A stretch of 60,985 nt of DNA, the filler included, from Xylographa opegraphella (lineage: Eukaryota): NCBI GenBank assembly GCA_022813865.1. It is 5 parts of 5 records of this genome, joined end to end, with 100 filler letters (N's around TTAATTAATTAA, not from the genome) between each part and the next. Parts side by side here need not be neighbours in the genome. Positions count along the whole stretch, not along the records: positions 13,076 to 25,167 come from JALDZX010000166.1; 4 more parts are not named here. One strand, 5' to 3'. The notes below the pieces were generated by a model. It saw only the letters and a program-made list of their open reading frames with translations, had not been told where the DNA came from and did not search any database. How positions within the stretch are numbered: the first letter of the stretch is position 1; every line of letters starts with the position of its first letter. Made by a program: the position numbers and the translations under genes. Below are positions 12,976 to 25,267 of this stretch, piece by piece.

Positions 12976-13075
12976 NNNNNNNNNNNNNNNNNNNNNNNNN
13001 NNNNNNNNNNNNNNNNNNNTTAATTAATTAANNNNNNNNNNNNNNNNNNNNNNNNNNNNNNNNNNNNNNNNNNNN
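12976..13075. other. Artificial contig spacer N44-TTAATTAATTAA-N44
   Basis: The same 100-bp construct recurs at 25168-25267, 37286-37385 and 49148-49247; the 12-mer has stops in all six frames. Confidence 0.97.
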
Positions 13076-13189
13076 TATAGCGTAGTTCAGTACTAGCGTA
13101 GGAGGTATATGTCACGTTCTCGTGGCCTATACCGAACTTGACCGAATATACGATTACTGTTGCCCCCGCCCTGATCCAAATACACGTGC

Positions 13190-15480
13190 CTTTTTAATAA
13201 TTATAATATATATATATATATAATATAAAAAAATATTAATTTTTTTTAAAAAAAATACTTTATTAAATTATATAATTTAAAAAATATGAAATAATAAAAT
13301 AGTTAATACGATTTCGTATTGCGTTTTATAAATTCTTTAAATTAAATTAATAAAATTTGTATTAATCAAAAGTTTTTATTATTAATATATATTGATTTCG
13401 CTGCGACAAGAATAATTAACGAATTTAATCAAAATAATAAAAGATTTCATATTAAATTATACGGAAATAAATTATCATGAAAAATCAAATTTAATAATTT
13501 AAAGTTTAATAACTGAAAGCCTGACGATTTTACGACAAATTTTGATATTTTAAATCTAATAATAAAATAATATTATTACATTATTACAATTATATTAATT
13601 GTATTATATGTATAAAAATATTTAATTGTAAAGGCTCGAAGGTTATTATATAAAAGAGCTGGGTTGCCAAGCAATTGCCAAGTATTGTCAAGCGATACGT
13701 ATAAACCAGCGTTTTATATTGAATATATAATATATAAAGTAAAGATTTATTAGCAAAAAAATTACGTATAAAATAAATCTCAGTAAAAAAATCACGCAGG
13801 GATTACGAATCACGTGATTAAAGGCCACGTTTTGCAAATCGTATTATATTCAATACGTTCAACACGTTCAATAAATACTTTTACTTTTAACATTTTTAAT
13901 ACTTTTAGCAAATATTTTATATATTTAAAACACGTTTTAAATACGAAGTATTAAACACCCTTTGAAGATATAATTATAAATAAAATAAATTATAAAGTTT
14001 TAAATTAACGAGTATTATTCGTAAATATTCGTTAATTTTATAACTTTACGAATATTTAACGTAATTTCAAAATTTTAACGAGTTTAAATTTTTACGTAAA
14101 ACTGATTTTATTACGTATTTATATTATTTATATAAATCTAGTGGGAGATCTGCTTGAAAAATTTAAAAAAAAGTTCGAAATTTTTTTTTTACTTAATCAG
14201 CTTTCATTTATTTTTAATAATTTTTACATATTTTTTAAAAACGAATTAATTATTTGAAATATATTTTCTTTAATTTTTTGATTTAATAATTATTTTGCTA
14301 TTTCTGTTAAAAGTAAAAGTATTTACTGAACGTGTTAAATATATGAAATACGTAAAAAGCACTCGAAAAGTATATAAATATTGAAAATCTTGTGCAATTT
14401 TTATTAATTTGCTGTCACAGTTCTGAATCTCATTGATATAATTTAATTTAAAATCTGGGTTTATTTGTTAATAAATAAATAGGAAACTATAGTAATAGAT
14501 ATATTATTTTTAAAAATAATAATAATTTTTATACAAAATTTGTATTAAAATTTTTTATTTTATAAATGAAATTATAACATAAATTAAATACGTTTTTTAT
14601 AATATAAAAAAAACTGTTTTATATAAAATTTCTGTTGCTGCGTGCCCTTTAATACCCTTTTGAAGAAATACTCGATGGCAGCTTTTAATGCCCTTTTTCA
14701 TAGCATTTGATGATAGTTTTTAATACCCTTTTTAATAATATTTAACAATAGTCATTAATGCCCTTTTTGGTAGCATTTATTAATAGCTTTTAAAACTTTT
14801 TTAAATAATATTTAATAATAGCCTTTAATGCCCTTTTTAATAGCATTTAATAATACGAAAATTAATAAATTCGTTTACGCGATTATTTTATGAAAATGAA
14901 AAATTTAACATTTGTTAAATAAGTAAGACAATATCTTTTAATTGAATTTTTGTTTTTTTATTAATAACGTTAATTTAATATTTTTATTATTTATAAAAAC
15001 GGCTAATTTTGATCGTAATCTTTAAATTAATAAACTTTACGAAAATATTTCTCTCGAAATCAAGCGTATTTATAATTATATTTATAAATATGTTAATTTT
15101 TACTCGTAATACTTTATTTATATTAAATTTTTTAAATAATATTGAAAATAATAATTTTATTCCTTGCGCCCACGTTAATACGTTACGTAATAATAAATAA
15201 ATATCGATTTTAATCATTATTCATTGTAATTGTTAAAGCTTTGTAATTAATATTTAAATTTAAAATAAAAAACTTGAATATTATAATATTAATAAATAAA
15301 ATGTCGTAAAATATAAAAATATAATAATAAATTAATTTTCATAATATAATTAAAAGCGTAATCGAGTTTATAATTTATTAAATATTAAAATTAAAAAATA
15401 TTTAAAGCGAAACCCTGAATATATTTTATATTGGTTATTATAAAAAAATTCGAAAAAAAAATTCGAAAAAATAAAGAAAA
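13190..15480. mobile_element. RIP-degraded AT-rich repeat block, class unresolved
   Basis: Very AT-rich with CpG retention; ORF-track hits are I/K/N/F-rich noise. Confidence 0.7.
14645..14855. repeat. 35-bp minisatellite, about 6 degenerate copies
   Basis: Units start at about 14645, 14681, 14716, 14751, 14786 and 14821; consensus approx GCTTTTAATGCCCTTTTTNNTAGCATTTAATAATA. Confidence 0.85.
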
Positions 15481-15573
15481 CCGGCAGGCCCTTCATTTAT
15501 TTTCCAGATATTTTCATCCCCGGGTAGCCATATTCGCCCCGGGATCCCCTTCGGGGGCGTCTCTCGGGGACTC

Positions 15574-15756
15574 TGTGACGATTATGACATCAGTCACAAG
15601 TAATAGGGGTCGGGCTGGATCAGGACTAGCACCTTCAGTATATAGTCTTGCCCATGCAGCAGCCTCATCGCTTCTCCATCTTAATCTAGGTTGAAATCGT
15701 CCACCTAAAGCTTAAGTTCTAGGCGTGCTTGTGTGGTGAGTTGATGAGTCGTAACA
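15574..15756 (+). mobile_element. Solo LTR (183 bp), 5-bp TSD GACTC; 3' half related to LTR family B
   Basis: TGTGACG...CGTAACA; GACTC at 15569-15573 and 15757-15761; shares CTAGGTTGAAATCG..GTTCTAGG..GTAACA with 54131-54201. Confidence 0.9.
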
Positions 15757-15779
15757 GACTCGAGCTTGTAAACTCTCAC

Positions 15780-16139
15780 TTCAATAGTAATAAAATAGTA
15801 TTAATTTATTTCAATTATATCGAAAATCCATCGCAAATTTAATATAAAATAATTAATTGCAAATTTTTAAATATTAAATAATTAATTACAAATTAAATAT
15901 TAAATAATTAATTACAAATTAAATATTAAATAATTAATTACAATTAAAGTAAATAAATAAATAAATATATCATTATAATAATCTTTTATACAAATTCTGC
16001 GAAAATAATTAAAAAAATCGATATAAATGAAGAAAACGCGCACGCATTTTAAATCGTATTTTGGTGTAATTATTATACAAAATTGATTTATTAAAGTGAT
16101 AAAGTTTCTCAATTTACACTAGTTCTGACTCTTACTGTA
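15780..16139. mobile_element. RIP-degraded relic ending in a possible Tc1/mariner TIR (..GACTCTTACTG|TA)
   Basis: AT-rich block ends at CTCTTACTG followed by TA (16138-16139); partner TIR not found. Contains an approx 25-bp tandem triplication near 15870-15945. Confidence 0.4.
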
Positions 16140-16435
16140 AACTCCCTCTAGATACGGGGGTTATGTCACCATTATAATGGTAATGTATGAGCAAGTTCTT
16201 AAACATAGCTGACATACAAGCCTTTCAACCTCAAGCACTTCGCGACAGATAGAATAAGTTGATTGATCTGACGCACGTTACAAGAGACACCCGACAGCGG
16301 TAAAGGGCCAGAAGACTGCCTCTTCCTAAGCTCCATGCTTGTTTCATAGCCTTACCGCCAAAATTGCAGCTGACCCGACAATATTTACTCGGATATTTTC
16401 GCGGAAGAGGAAACTCGCCATGCACAACCCTCAGA

Positions 16436-18306
16436 TTACCTTTTCCCGAAAAAAGACATAATATTGCCCTGCCCGGACCTTCCACCCATCTTCTTCACTT
16501 TACCTGCGGCAGACGATGATCCACTCGAGAGCGGTGTCTTGACTTGTGGGACACGAGTAGGCTCGTCTTCTGAGAAGGACTCCCAGGTAGCTTCTTCCTT
16601 GGTAACTGTAAATTATAGATTTAGCACAAATAACTCGACGTGAAGATGGCGCGCAGAGCATTGATTTTGGCCTACCGAGATAACCCTCTTCATCTTTGAT
16701 AGTTTTCTTCTTCATCACCTTCCGTCTGCCACGACGGCGGCCGCCTGATGCTATCGCCAGAGGCTCTGTGACCGCCTCTGGTTGTTGAAGAGCATCGGTC
16801 GGTGACGAGTGGTCACCTACCTGCACAGACGCTTCTGAGGCATTTTGCATTGGCTCATCTTCGTAGATTAGCAAAAGTAGCCAAAGTTATATCAAGGACC
16901 GCTGAGCACCCTCATCGTCCATCATCTTGCGTAATGCCTCTGCGCGATCCAACTTTGAGTTTCTTTGAAATTGGTCATCCCTAAGAGCACTTTCTGATAG
17001 ATCCTTAATGTCTTCTTCCTGCTCATCTTCCAAGGCATCCACCATTAATTCTTATTTATTTTAGCACAAGTCTCAACTTTAAAATGGGAGGTCTTTTACC
17101 ATCTTGCGGAGTGTCTAAAGCTTCCTACACTTGCTATTAAATCCGGAGGCAGTCAAAGACAGCATCAGTCTTACCATCTTTGGAGTTGCAGGGGTCGAGG
17201 TTGCGTCCACAGAGCTCTCTGTTCCTTCTTGTATAGTCTTCCGCTTAGGGTTACTGAAAGACTTGAAAATGTCGGACTGTTCTCGTTTCAGAGCTTGCTT
17301 CTTAGAGGTCACTTTCTTATACGCATCTTGAGATCTCTCATGCTTAGTCTCAACTCTCATTTGTGATTGACTTGCATGAACAATCCCGTTCGATGCTATC
17401 GGGATCATATGGCTGACAGGTTTAACCCCTTTTTTACGATTGCTTGCCACTGTACTTGCAGCTGCGACACAGATTGGTTTCGGCCCAGTGCGCCTCTATA
17501 TTGTTGGTCCAGTTAGTTGGCCGAACAAAAAGTTGAATCTTGACTGTTATTCAACCTTTACTCTAGGATTCCCAATCGTGCCATATTGCGGTCCAATGAG
17601 AAGCGGGTCCTCAGATGCGTGTTTGGCGGCTATCTCCCGCTTGACATCAGAAAGGACTTGTAGATCCTACACATGTCAGCAACGCAGATGGCTTCCATTG
17701 GGGCGAAGGTGATCTGCATACCTGAATCGGACTGGGCTCAAGGCTGTAGACATGGACAGAACATATTGTATCGTACAGCACCTTGACAGCTAAAGCATGT
17801 GATAAGTACCATAAATAAAGACCTCGGATTAGATACATTGAGGCCATTCAACTTACTGCTGAGATGCTGCTCCTGAACGAGCGTCACAACCTTGACAACA
17901 GAGACATCCTCCTCTGCAACTTGCCGTGGCATTGGACTACTCATGAAGGGACTGCTGTGCATGTGCACATCGTTATTCTCCTCTGCTACGCTGCTATCGA
18001 CGATCGCTTTAGATGGCTGTACGCCACTGATGAGGTATGTCGCATGTACGGATCCAGGTTTCTCAGCATTTTGTGTCGCATGAAAGTCGTAGAGCATACT
18101 GTTGGTCAACATAAGAATCTGCAGATTTCAGCCAAATAAAGAACGAACCGCTTTGAGACATTGCTATGCACTTTACACGCCCTTGCAAGAGAACGATAGG
18201 TTACCTGCAAAGGTTAGTCAATTCCTTACTTTGGTTGCAGTCAACCTACTATAATCCCATCATTCAGCACATTCGCCGCAAGGTAATTGGTGTAATCTTG
18301 CGCCAT
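16436..18306 (-). CDS. POL32: DNA polymerase delta subunit 3 (Pol32/Cdc27), multi-exon
   Basis: Spliced N-terminus MAQDYTNYLA..VTYRSLAR..VHSNVSKRMLYDFH..HATYLISG; YSLEPS; GRRKVMKKKTIKDEEGYLVTKEE.WESFSEDE; C-terminal PIP box QGNIMSFF. About 9 introns traced, including a 25-nt exon at 17100-17124. Confidence 0.93.
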
Positions 18307-18439
18307 TGAATAAGTCTCGACCTCCACTGGCTGTTGTGTGTAAACGCGAATGCGGAAACCACTTTACGCGTCTAATTTTATCCTAGTACGAATTCGTGAG
18401 TTCACAACCACAAGAGAAAGCACAAAGCATCAATTTTCG
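18307..18439. promoter_or_regulatory. Bidirectional promoter with MCB-type boxes
   Basis: 133 bp between divergent ATGs; ACGCGT at 18366-18371 and ACGCGAA at 18344-18350. Confidence 0.7.
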
Positions 18440-19707
18440 ATGGACAATAGTTATGAAGTCACAGACTCCTCAGATTGGCTCAATACACCAGTTGCGCCAC
18501 TTCATTCGGTTGAAGCCGCTCTTCGCTGCCAGGTCTGCAAAGACTTCTACAACACGCCGATGCTTACAACTTGTTGCCATACCTTCTGCTCCTTGTGTAT
18601 ACGGCGCTGTTTGACAAGCGATGGCAAGTGCCCGACTTGTAGAAGCTCTGATCAAGAAATAAGACTTCGAAGGAATTGGGTGATCCAGGAGGTAGTAGAT
18701 GCATTTACAACTGCCCGGCCGAGAATATTACAATTGGGCCAGGAGCTTCTGACGGCTCAAACCCGTGATGAAAATGGTGGGCAGAAAAGGAAACGCGCGG
18801 ACAATGACCATGAAGGGCAGGATGAAGCAGATTTTCCACTAAGGACTACTCGGTCAAACAGTCTCTTATTTCCGAAGACTCCGTCGGGCGCGAAAGGTGC
18901 TCTGGAGGATGATACTACCGATATTCCTCTCGGCGCAACTTTCGAGCACGGTTCGTAGTTTATGTTATGTTATTTCTCGGCCATTAACAGTGGCACAGAG
19001 GATGGTCTTTCTGCATGTCCAATTTGCAGTAGAAGGATGAAAATCGAAGACGTCTTTCCACATCTTGATACACACCAGGAGAAACAGAGCAGGAAGACTA
19101 CTCCTTTGTTCGGTAGGTCAGTAAACAGGCTCACTCCACCTCAATTCTGTATTGATCCTAGCTAACACGATCCCAAAGAACAGGTAAGATCCGATCGCCC
19201 TCGAGGACATCACCCCCACCTGTAGAACGCCTTCCATCACTCAGCTATTCAATAATGAACGAAAACGCCCTGCGAAAGAAGATTGGCACACTAGGAATTC
19301 CCAGCTGGGGTTCTAAACAGCTGTTGATTCGGCGTCACACAGAGTGGGTTAACCTTTGGAACGCTAATAGCGATTCGTTGAAGCCGAGGACCAAACGTGA
19401 ACTGCTCCATGATCTTGATATCTGGGAAAGGACCCAGGGCGGTAGCGCTCCTATCACTTCAAACAGCCCAAGTAGTATGAACACAATAATGGCGAAGGAC
19501 TTCGACAGTGCAGCCTGGTCCGCGAATCATGGAGATGATTTCCGGCAGCTGATTGCCCAAGCTCGTCAGAAGCCGGCAGAAACCACTGTTGGACGCATCA
19601 ATGACGGCTTGGGCGCTGGACGCAACCCTACAGGGAGCATTCCTATTCCGACGACGACTTCAGATAAACTTGGAAGGTCTTCGGACACATTCGAAGACCA
19701 TCAATGA
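18440..19707 (+). CDS. RAD18: Postreplication-repair E3 ubiquitin ligase Rad18, three exons
   Basis: DSSDW; RING CQVCKDFY..CCHTFCSLCIRRCL..CPTC; UBZ-type CPIC..HLD; SAP-like LPSLSYSIMNENALRKK..LGIPSWG..RRHTEWVNLWNAN; introns start near 18951 and 19113. Confidence 0.95.
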
Positions 19708-19874
19708 GATATAATCTTAATCTTTCGCCTTTCAAGTCTTTCTCCGTCTTTCCCTGGGGCTGCTGAGTAATTTAGTATTGAACGATTTGGTGGCTTACCG
19801 AATGATAAAATTAACTTGGACATAGATATGCTTAGTGAGTATGACACGCGCAATTAATCAGCGAGACCCGCTCA

Positions 19875-21532
19875 TCAAGTTTGCAGAACTTCCTTTCTAG
19901 CCGGTTCCTGCGACCGCTTCTGGAATGTTGCCCTTGTTTCGTCGCTGTCAATAGACAATCTGCCAAGTGCGCGTGTGTTGCTGTTCAATAAATCGGAATG
20001 TGCTTTCTGGATGATACTCTCTCCTGATCTCACCGCTAGTTCCGAAGGAGCCATGCTGTTCAGGAGCTCAAGTTTCTTTTTTGTCTCGAAGATTGCTTTT
20101 TCGTCATCTTTCGCTTGATCTCTTTTTTCCAAAGCTTCGAGCTCTGCATCGATTGTAGCTTCGTCTACCATGCTTGATGCTTGCGCGGCATCATGGATTA
20201 TGGTCCCAACTTCGCTAACCTGTTCCACTTCGTTCCTGAGCACGCTTAGAACTTCCTCCACATTCTCCACTCCCCCAATCTCGGCATTGAGTCCTCTAAG
20301 AACGCTAGAGCTTGCCTTCATCACTTTCATGACTTCAATCTGATCTGCAGCACCTTCGATTTGGGTACAGATATCCTCAAGTTGTGCCAACGTTTTAGTC
20401 CTCCGTACCAAGACAGTTTCATAAAGCTTCTTTAAGCGTAAAACTGCCTCAGCCACAACTCGGTTCTTATTTGCCACAGCGGATCGCACTTTCCGATCGA
20501 ACTCTGTCACCTTCGATTCCAAAGTCTCGAGCTGTATATTGAGATCCACCATTAGTGACTTGAGGGAAGCTATGTTGGTATCCTCGTTTTTTATGACAGG
20601 GCTCCGATCGCCCTTTCCTCCGAGCTTGATAGCCTGTGAAACCTTTGTCAGAGTTTCCATATATGAAGCCAGGGCATTTCGACAATACATACTTGTGCAT
20701 TGTAGGCTAAGTAGCGTCTGTCTCGAGATAGGTATACAAGCAGTATCTTAAGATCGTCGTCGGTCAGCCCACCAGGTACTTCAAGCGTCTTTGCTACGTC
20801 CGCGGCAAACATGTCGTAAGGTAATATCCGGTCAATGCGACTGAGGCGTACTTCCATTGCTTTGATGACTTGAGTAGCAGCTTTCTAAGATATATGTAAG
20901 GTCCGGTGTATCCTTCAAGACGATCCAATTACTCACCTCGACATTCCCAACCAGTACATAACGGCTCATCGGTGAGCCTAGCTCGACAGATTGTACCCTT
21001 CGTAGCCCAAATTTTCTCAGAGCCCAGGAAACAAGGGACCATGGCGTAATTGACTCTTCTCGTTCATAGATGCTGGTAGGTGAGTTCAAGAAATCTTGTA
21101 GGGCAATCATTCTACCCTCCGCAACAGCAGTCGCCTTTGCAGTAAAAGTCAGAAGCTATGATAGTTTACCGCGTCTCAAACATGAGATAAATGCTCACAT
21201 ACGATAACAGGTGTTAACGCTAGTGGTGTCCCCCATTCTTTTGTTTCCAGTGCGTGTAGAAGACTTTCTCCAGTCCTCAATGATAAAATATCCTTTCCAC
21301 CAGGAATAAGACCAGCTTGTGCAGCATGGGCAAGTCCTGTTTCCCATGCGCTTAGATTGGTCTTGTATCCATCGGGGTTAATGGCTTGCTGTGATCGGAA
21401 ATCGGAGTATAGAGAAGCTAGTCGGAACCTGGGAGGCCGTTCAGCCTACTATAATTTTCACAACGTGTGACACTTGTATTACCTTCTAAAGTTTTCCTCA
21501 TGCTGGAGTAAAAAGCTGAGGAGCTCACTCAT
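19875..21532 (-). CDS. CHMP7/Cmp7-like ESCRT-II/III hybrid Snf7-family protein, multi-exon
   Basis: N-terminus MSELLSFLLQHEENFRR..RLASLYSDF..NPDGY..N..AW; PWSLVSWALR; C-terminal Snf7 coiled coil (ORF 19875-20690); several GT-AG introns. Confidence 0.85.
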
Positions 21533-21765
21533 AGTACGTGGTAATTCGTCTACTCCGGCTCGTGGCAGAATTCAGCCAGGGTGGCCATCGATTGTCTAGT
21601 GTCAAGACCTTGAATACCAGCAGCTTTTCTATTCCATTGAGTGCCAAGACACTAAAGTGTACCAATGTTATTTCCTGCTGCAAGCACAGTATACCTAGGT
21701 AAGGTACACAGTACTCATGCATTCTCTTAAGTGCACAAAGATTCGCCACCAAGTCATCTTTATTG

Positions 21766-24022
21766 ATGCTACCAGTGGGACTGAAATCCGGGGATGGGGT
21801 GGTATACACTGTCGCGCCACGGCCGTCGCCAATTGGCAACAGTCGCCTGTCGAAAAGCTCGACATTGAGCCACATCTCGGGGCAACAATTACCACCACGA
21901 AGTATCGAACGTTCATCCATTAGAGACGCCGAACTACCTTTGCATTCTGTGGCGCTGTCAGACATACATGACCCCAAGGATATTATTTTAAGGTCGTTTC
22001 AACCACGAGTTGCTGTCTTCGCCTCAACTGACACCGAAGAGCTCATTCGACTTAAGGGTCTATACGGAGGATTTTGCGGACTACTGAAGCCCTTTGGAGA
22101 GAGTCTGGCAGGCAACGTCATCATCAGAGACAGTGTTGGTGGAAGTAAAAGTTGGAACAACTTTGGTGTACACTTTATAGAATATGGGAGACGTGACGGT
22201 TCTTCATCATGGCCATCAAAAGCGGTATATGACGATAGCTCTGTACAAGGTCAGGGCCCCTTTGAGACCTTAGGTCAGTATTCAGAAATATCACCGGAAA
22301 GCAGTTTCGTCACCAATCCTTCTGTGCTTGATAATTTGCTGGAGCGTTGTCTTTCGATTACTCCAGGAGGTTCGCGCAATGGAACAGATGTGCCCCAGAA
22401 TCCAGACCAGAGGTCCACTCCTCCATACTATGGTCTATATCTAGAGAAGCTCCTATACCGAGATCCCATGGTTCCATACGAGACAATGTCGCATCCTGTC
22501 GCATGTGTAATTGCTATTAGCTCCCAATGCTTGGGTCCCATAGAGACTCTCAGGGAGTTGTACAGAAGCACCAGCCAAGGCGCTAAACGAGTCCCATTTT
22601 GGGCCGGGAATGAGTTCCTCAGGTATTATGTTTTGGTGCATGATGAGGATCATGACGATATAACAAAATCTACGGCACTATTTGACCAGATGAAGAGACA
22701 TTTTGGATTGCACTGCCATTTGTTACGTCTCAGAAGTGTCGAGTGTACAGAGAATGAAGAAGAGAGCACACGATTGCCCCGTTGTCGTTGGCTTTCATCA
22801 GAGGAAGACTTCAACGATATTCGACAAGGTACACACTCTTGCTATGTCGATGAACTTTACTGACTTGTCAAAAGTACAGGGAGGTGGTAGAGACGATTTC
22901 AAGCACTTTCTATTTGACACAGATATCGCTGTCATTAAGACATTCGTTCGAGAGATGGTCACCCAATCCATATTGCCCTTTATGGAAGGACGTGTTACCA
23001 TCTGGAATGATCAGGTCGCTTCGAGGCGGCGTGGCATAAGTGGTCGATTTATGTCGTTATCAAAGCGTTGGACAGGACTCGGATCTACCAAAGGAAATAA
23101 GGGATCCCCTTCAAATCCCTCGGCGCCGTCTAACAGCAACTATGATGCAACTCAAGGGTTTTATGCACCAGACTCGCCAGAGGCAACGATGCGTCGACTA
23201 GCTGATTACGCTTTCATGATTCGGGATTGGACACTGGCAAGCAACGTTTATGAAATATTACGATCTGACTTTGGAGACGAAAAAGCCTGGAACTATCATG
23301 CCGCAGCAAGTGAGATGAACGCACTCAGCATGCTGCTCACAGTGCAAAACACTACCACAAAACCAAGGGTAGAAGCAATCGACCAACTGCTTGATGATGC
23401 AAGCTATTCCTACAACACAAGATGTGCAGATTCTCGGGCTGCAGAGCGATGTCTAGTTCTGGCGATCGAGCTTTACCGAAGTCGAGGTGGCTCATTTATT
23501 GGAGAAGCTGCAAAATGGGCCAAGAGATTACTTGAGTTATCTATTTTGAGCCCTGTAGTGAACGGATTGTTAATCGAGAGGCTTGCTATGTGCTACGCCA
23601 GCCAAAAAGGATTAGGCCAGCTGCATTGGGGCTCTCGGTACCGCAAAGCTGCACTTTCAAATCTCCTTGCAACCCAAGTCTGGTCATTTCTGAAGAAGCC
23701 CGCGAATGCAGATATACGCCTCCACGATGCTCGCAAATCCTATATTATGCTGAGTGAGGAAAACAGAGTGCTCCCGTTCAAAGCGATGCAAGAACTATGG
23801 TGGCCGCTGCAGAAGGTTTCAGGGGAAGCTACAGTTGCGGGTACAACTGTGATTCCAATTGCAGCAGATGACGAATTTCAGGACGTCATTGAGGATTTCG
23901 ACATTCCCACCGGACTTGAGAGCTCGAAACGACTGCATGCTCAGAGTCCTGGATCCGAGGGGATCACACTGATGCAGCAACTGAACGACCCATTAGATCA
24001 AGCTAGTGATGGCTTCATGTGA
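21766..24022 (+). CDS. TRS85: TRAPP III-specific subunit Trs85 (TRAPPC8), two exons
   Basis: HPVACVIAISS, FLRYYVLVHDE, FDQMKRHFGLHCHLLRLRS, FVREMVTQSILPFME, MRRLADYAFM.RDW; intron 22829-22874 restores the frame. Confidence 0.93.
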
Positions 24023-25095
24023 GAGTATAATCTTACGATAAAGTTATGCGAACTCTCAATTTTCATAGTGCAGGCTAGGTCTTCGCAGCACGCAGTGCCA
24101 TGACAATTGAATTCTGTTTTGCCACACTACAGCGATGTTCGCGTTGCTCAGGGTGCTACATCTTCGGCCGAGGTCCTTGGCCTTACCTGGTATGACACAG
24201 TCTGCCCTCCACACAAATACAGCTATTATCATATATAGCAGATGTGCCCGAAACCTCCAATGCACTTTCACAGTGAGCGCCCTGCAGTACAAATCAGAAA
24301 CTATCTTAATGTTGCAGTTGATGTTCTGTCCAGCGACAATGGCATCGGTGCTTTATGAAACATGCAGCTAGATCAGTATAGGGCATCAATTCGGCTTGGA
24401 TGAAAGGTCATCCAATATGAAAATTGGAACCGAGACTTCAGACATTTGCCAATTGTGAAGTCTGATCCGCGGGTTATGCCCTGGTCTGAATGCTCTGGGA
24501 AAGGCTATCTGAAGCCATGATAGGCAGAGGGAGTATAGCCACAATGGAGAAAGCGAAGGGCGACTTGCAGGTTCACGTGTGGAGTCAAAGCAATGCTCAA
24601 AATTCGACGACCTCTTTAACCTAATTGCATTCATGTTGCTTAAATCTGGGAACAGTAATTAAATCAATACCCTGAACTTTGTCGAGTGATTTAATATAAA
24701 ATACATTCTTGAAATATATTGAAATAGCTTGAAGCGTTTCTTACCATCGCAAGTATAATTAAGGGCCTGTTCTGCAACTTCGAATAAATTTAATAAATTT
24801 CAACCTACCAAAAATTCAATAAACTGCGAATTTATTCAAATATTCGATAGATTCGAACGGTCTCGAATACATAATAAAGGCGTTCGATAATTATATCTAA
24901 AATTAACAAATAAAATTAGTAAAAATATGCGATTTATATTATTTATTAAATTAAATATTAAAATACTCCAGAATAATTATATATTAATGTCAAGGTTTTA
25001 AATTTTTATTTTTAATTAAACGTAATTTATATAAATATTTATTTATTTATTTATTAATTTTACGTCGATATAATCTTTTTGAAATCTATACAAGA

Positions 25096-25167
25096 TGTAA
25101 CGACGTGTTACATGGCACCTTAATAAGTGATAGACGGAACGGGACTAAAGCGCGTCCGGGACTCAGG
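25096..25167 (+). mobile_element. LTR family B, 5' part at contig end, after an AT-rich relic (about 24690-25095)
   Basis: TGTAACGACGTGTTACATGGCACCTTAATAAGTGATAGACGG is near-identical to 53954-54017. Confidence 0.85.
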
Positions 25168-25267
25168 NNNNNNNNNNNNNNNNNNNNNNNNNNNNNNNNN
25201 NNNNNNNNNNNTTAATTAATTAANNNNNNNNNNNNNNNNNNNNNNNNNNNNNNNNNNNNNNNNNNNN

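Noticed and set aside
13020..13031. TTAATTAATTAA palindrome recurring about every 12 kb as a biological periodic element
   Set aside because: Always centred in exactly 44+44 Ns; it is an assembly linker.
14645..14855. 35-bp repeats as a CRISPR-like array
   Set aside because: Units are head-to-tail with no unique spacers, there are no cas genes, and the context is a eukaryotic repeat relic.
14987..16112. I/K/N/F-rich ORFs in AT-rich blocks (also 38575, 41991, 48395, 54865, 56404) as mitochondrial or foreign genes
   Set aside because: Composition is explained by RIP; no organellar gene motifs.
21533..21765. Divergent CHMP7-like/TRS85 pair as a functional module
   Set aside because: Short divergent spacing is common in compact fungal genomes; the two act in different complexes and no shared motif was seen.
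24760..24780. TAA-GGGCCTGTTC as a PIF/Harbinger TIR (likewise CAGTCACTCTC at about 58153 and CTCTTACTG at 964-972 as Tc1 TIRs)
   Set aside because: No partner TIR or convincing TSD in the window.
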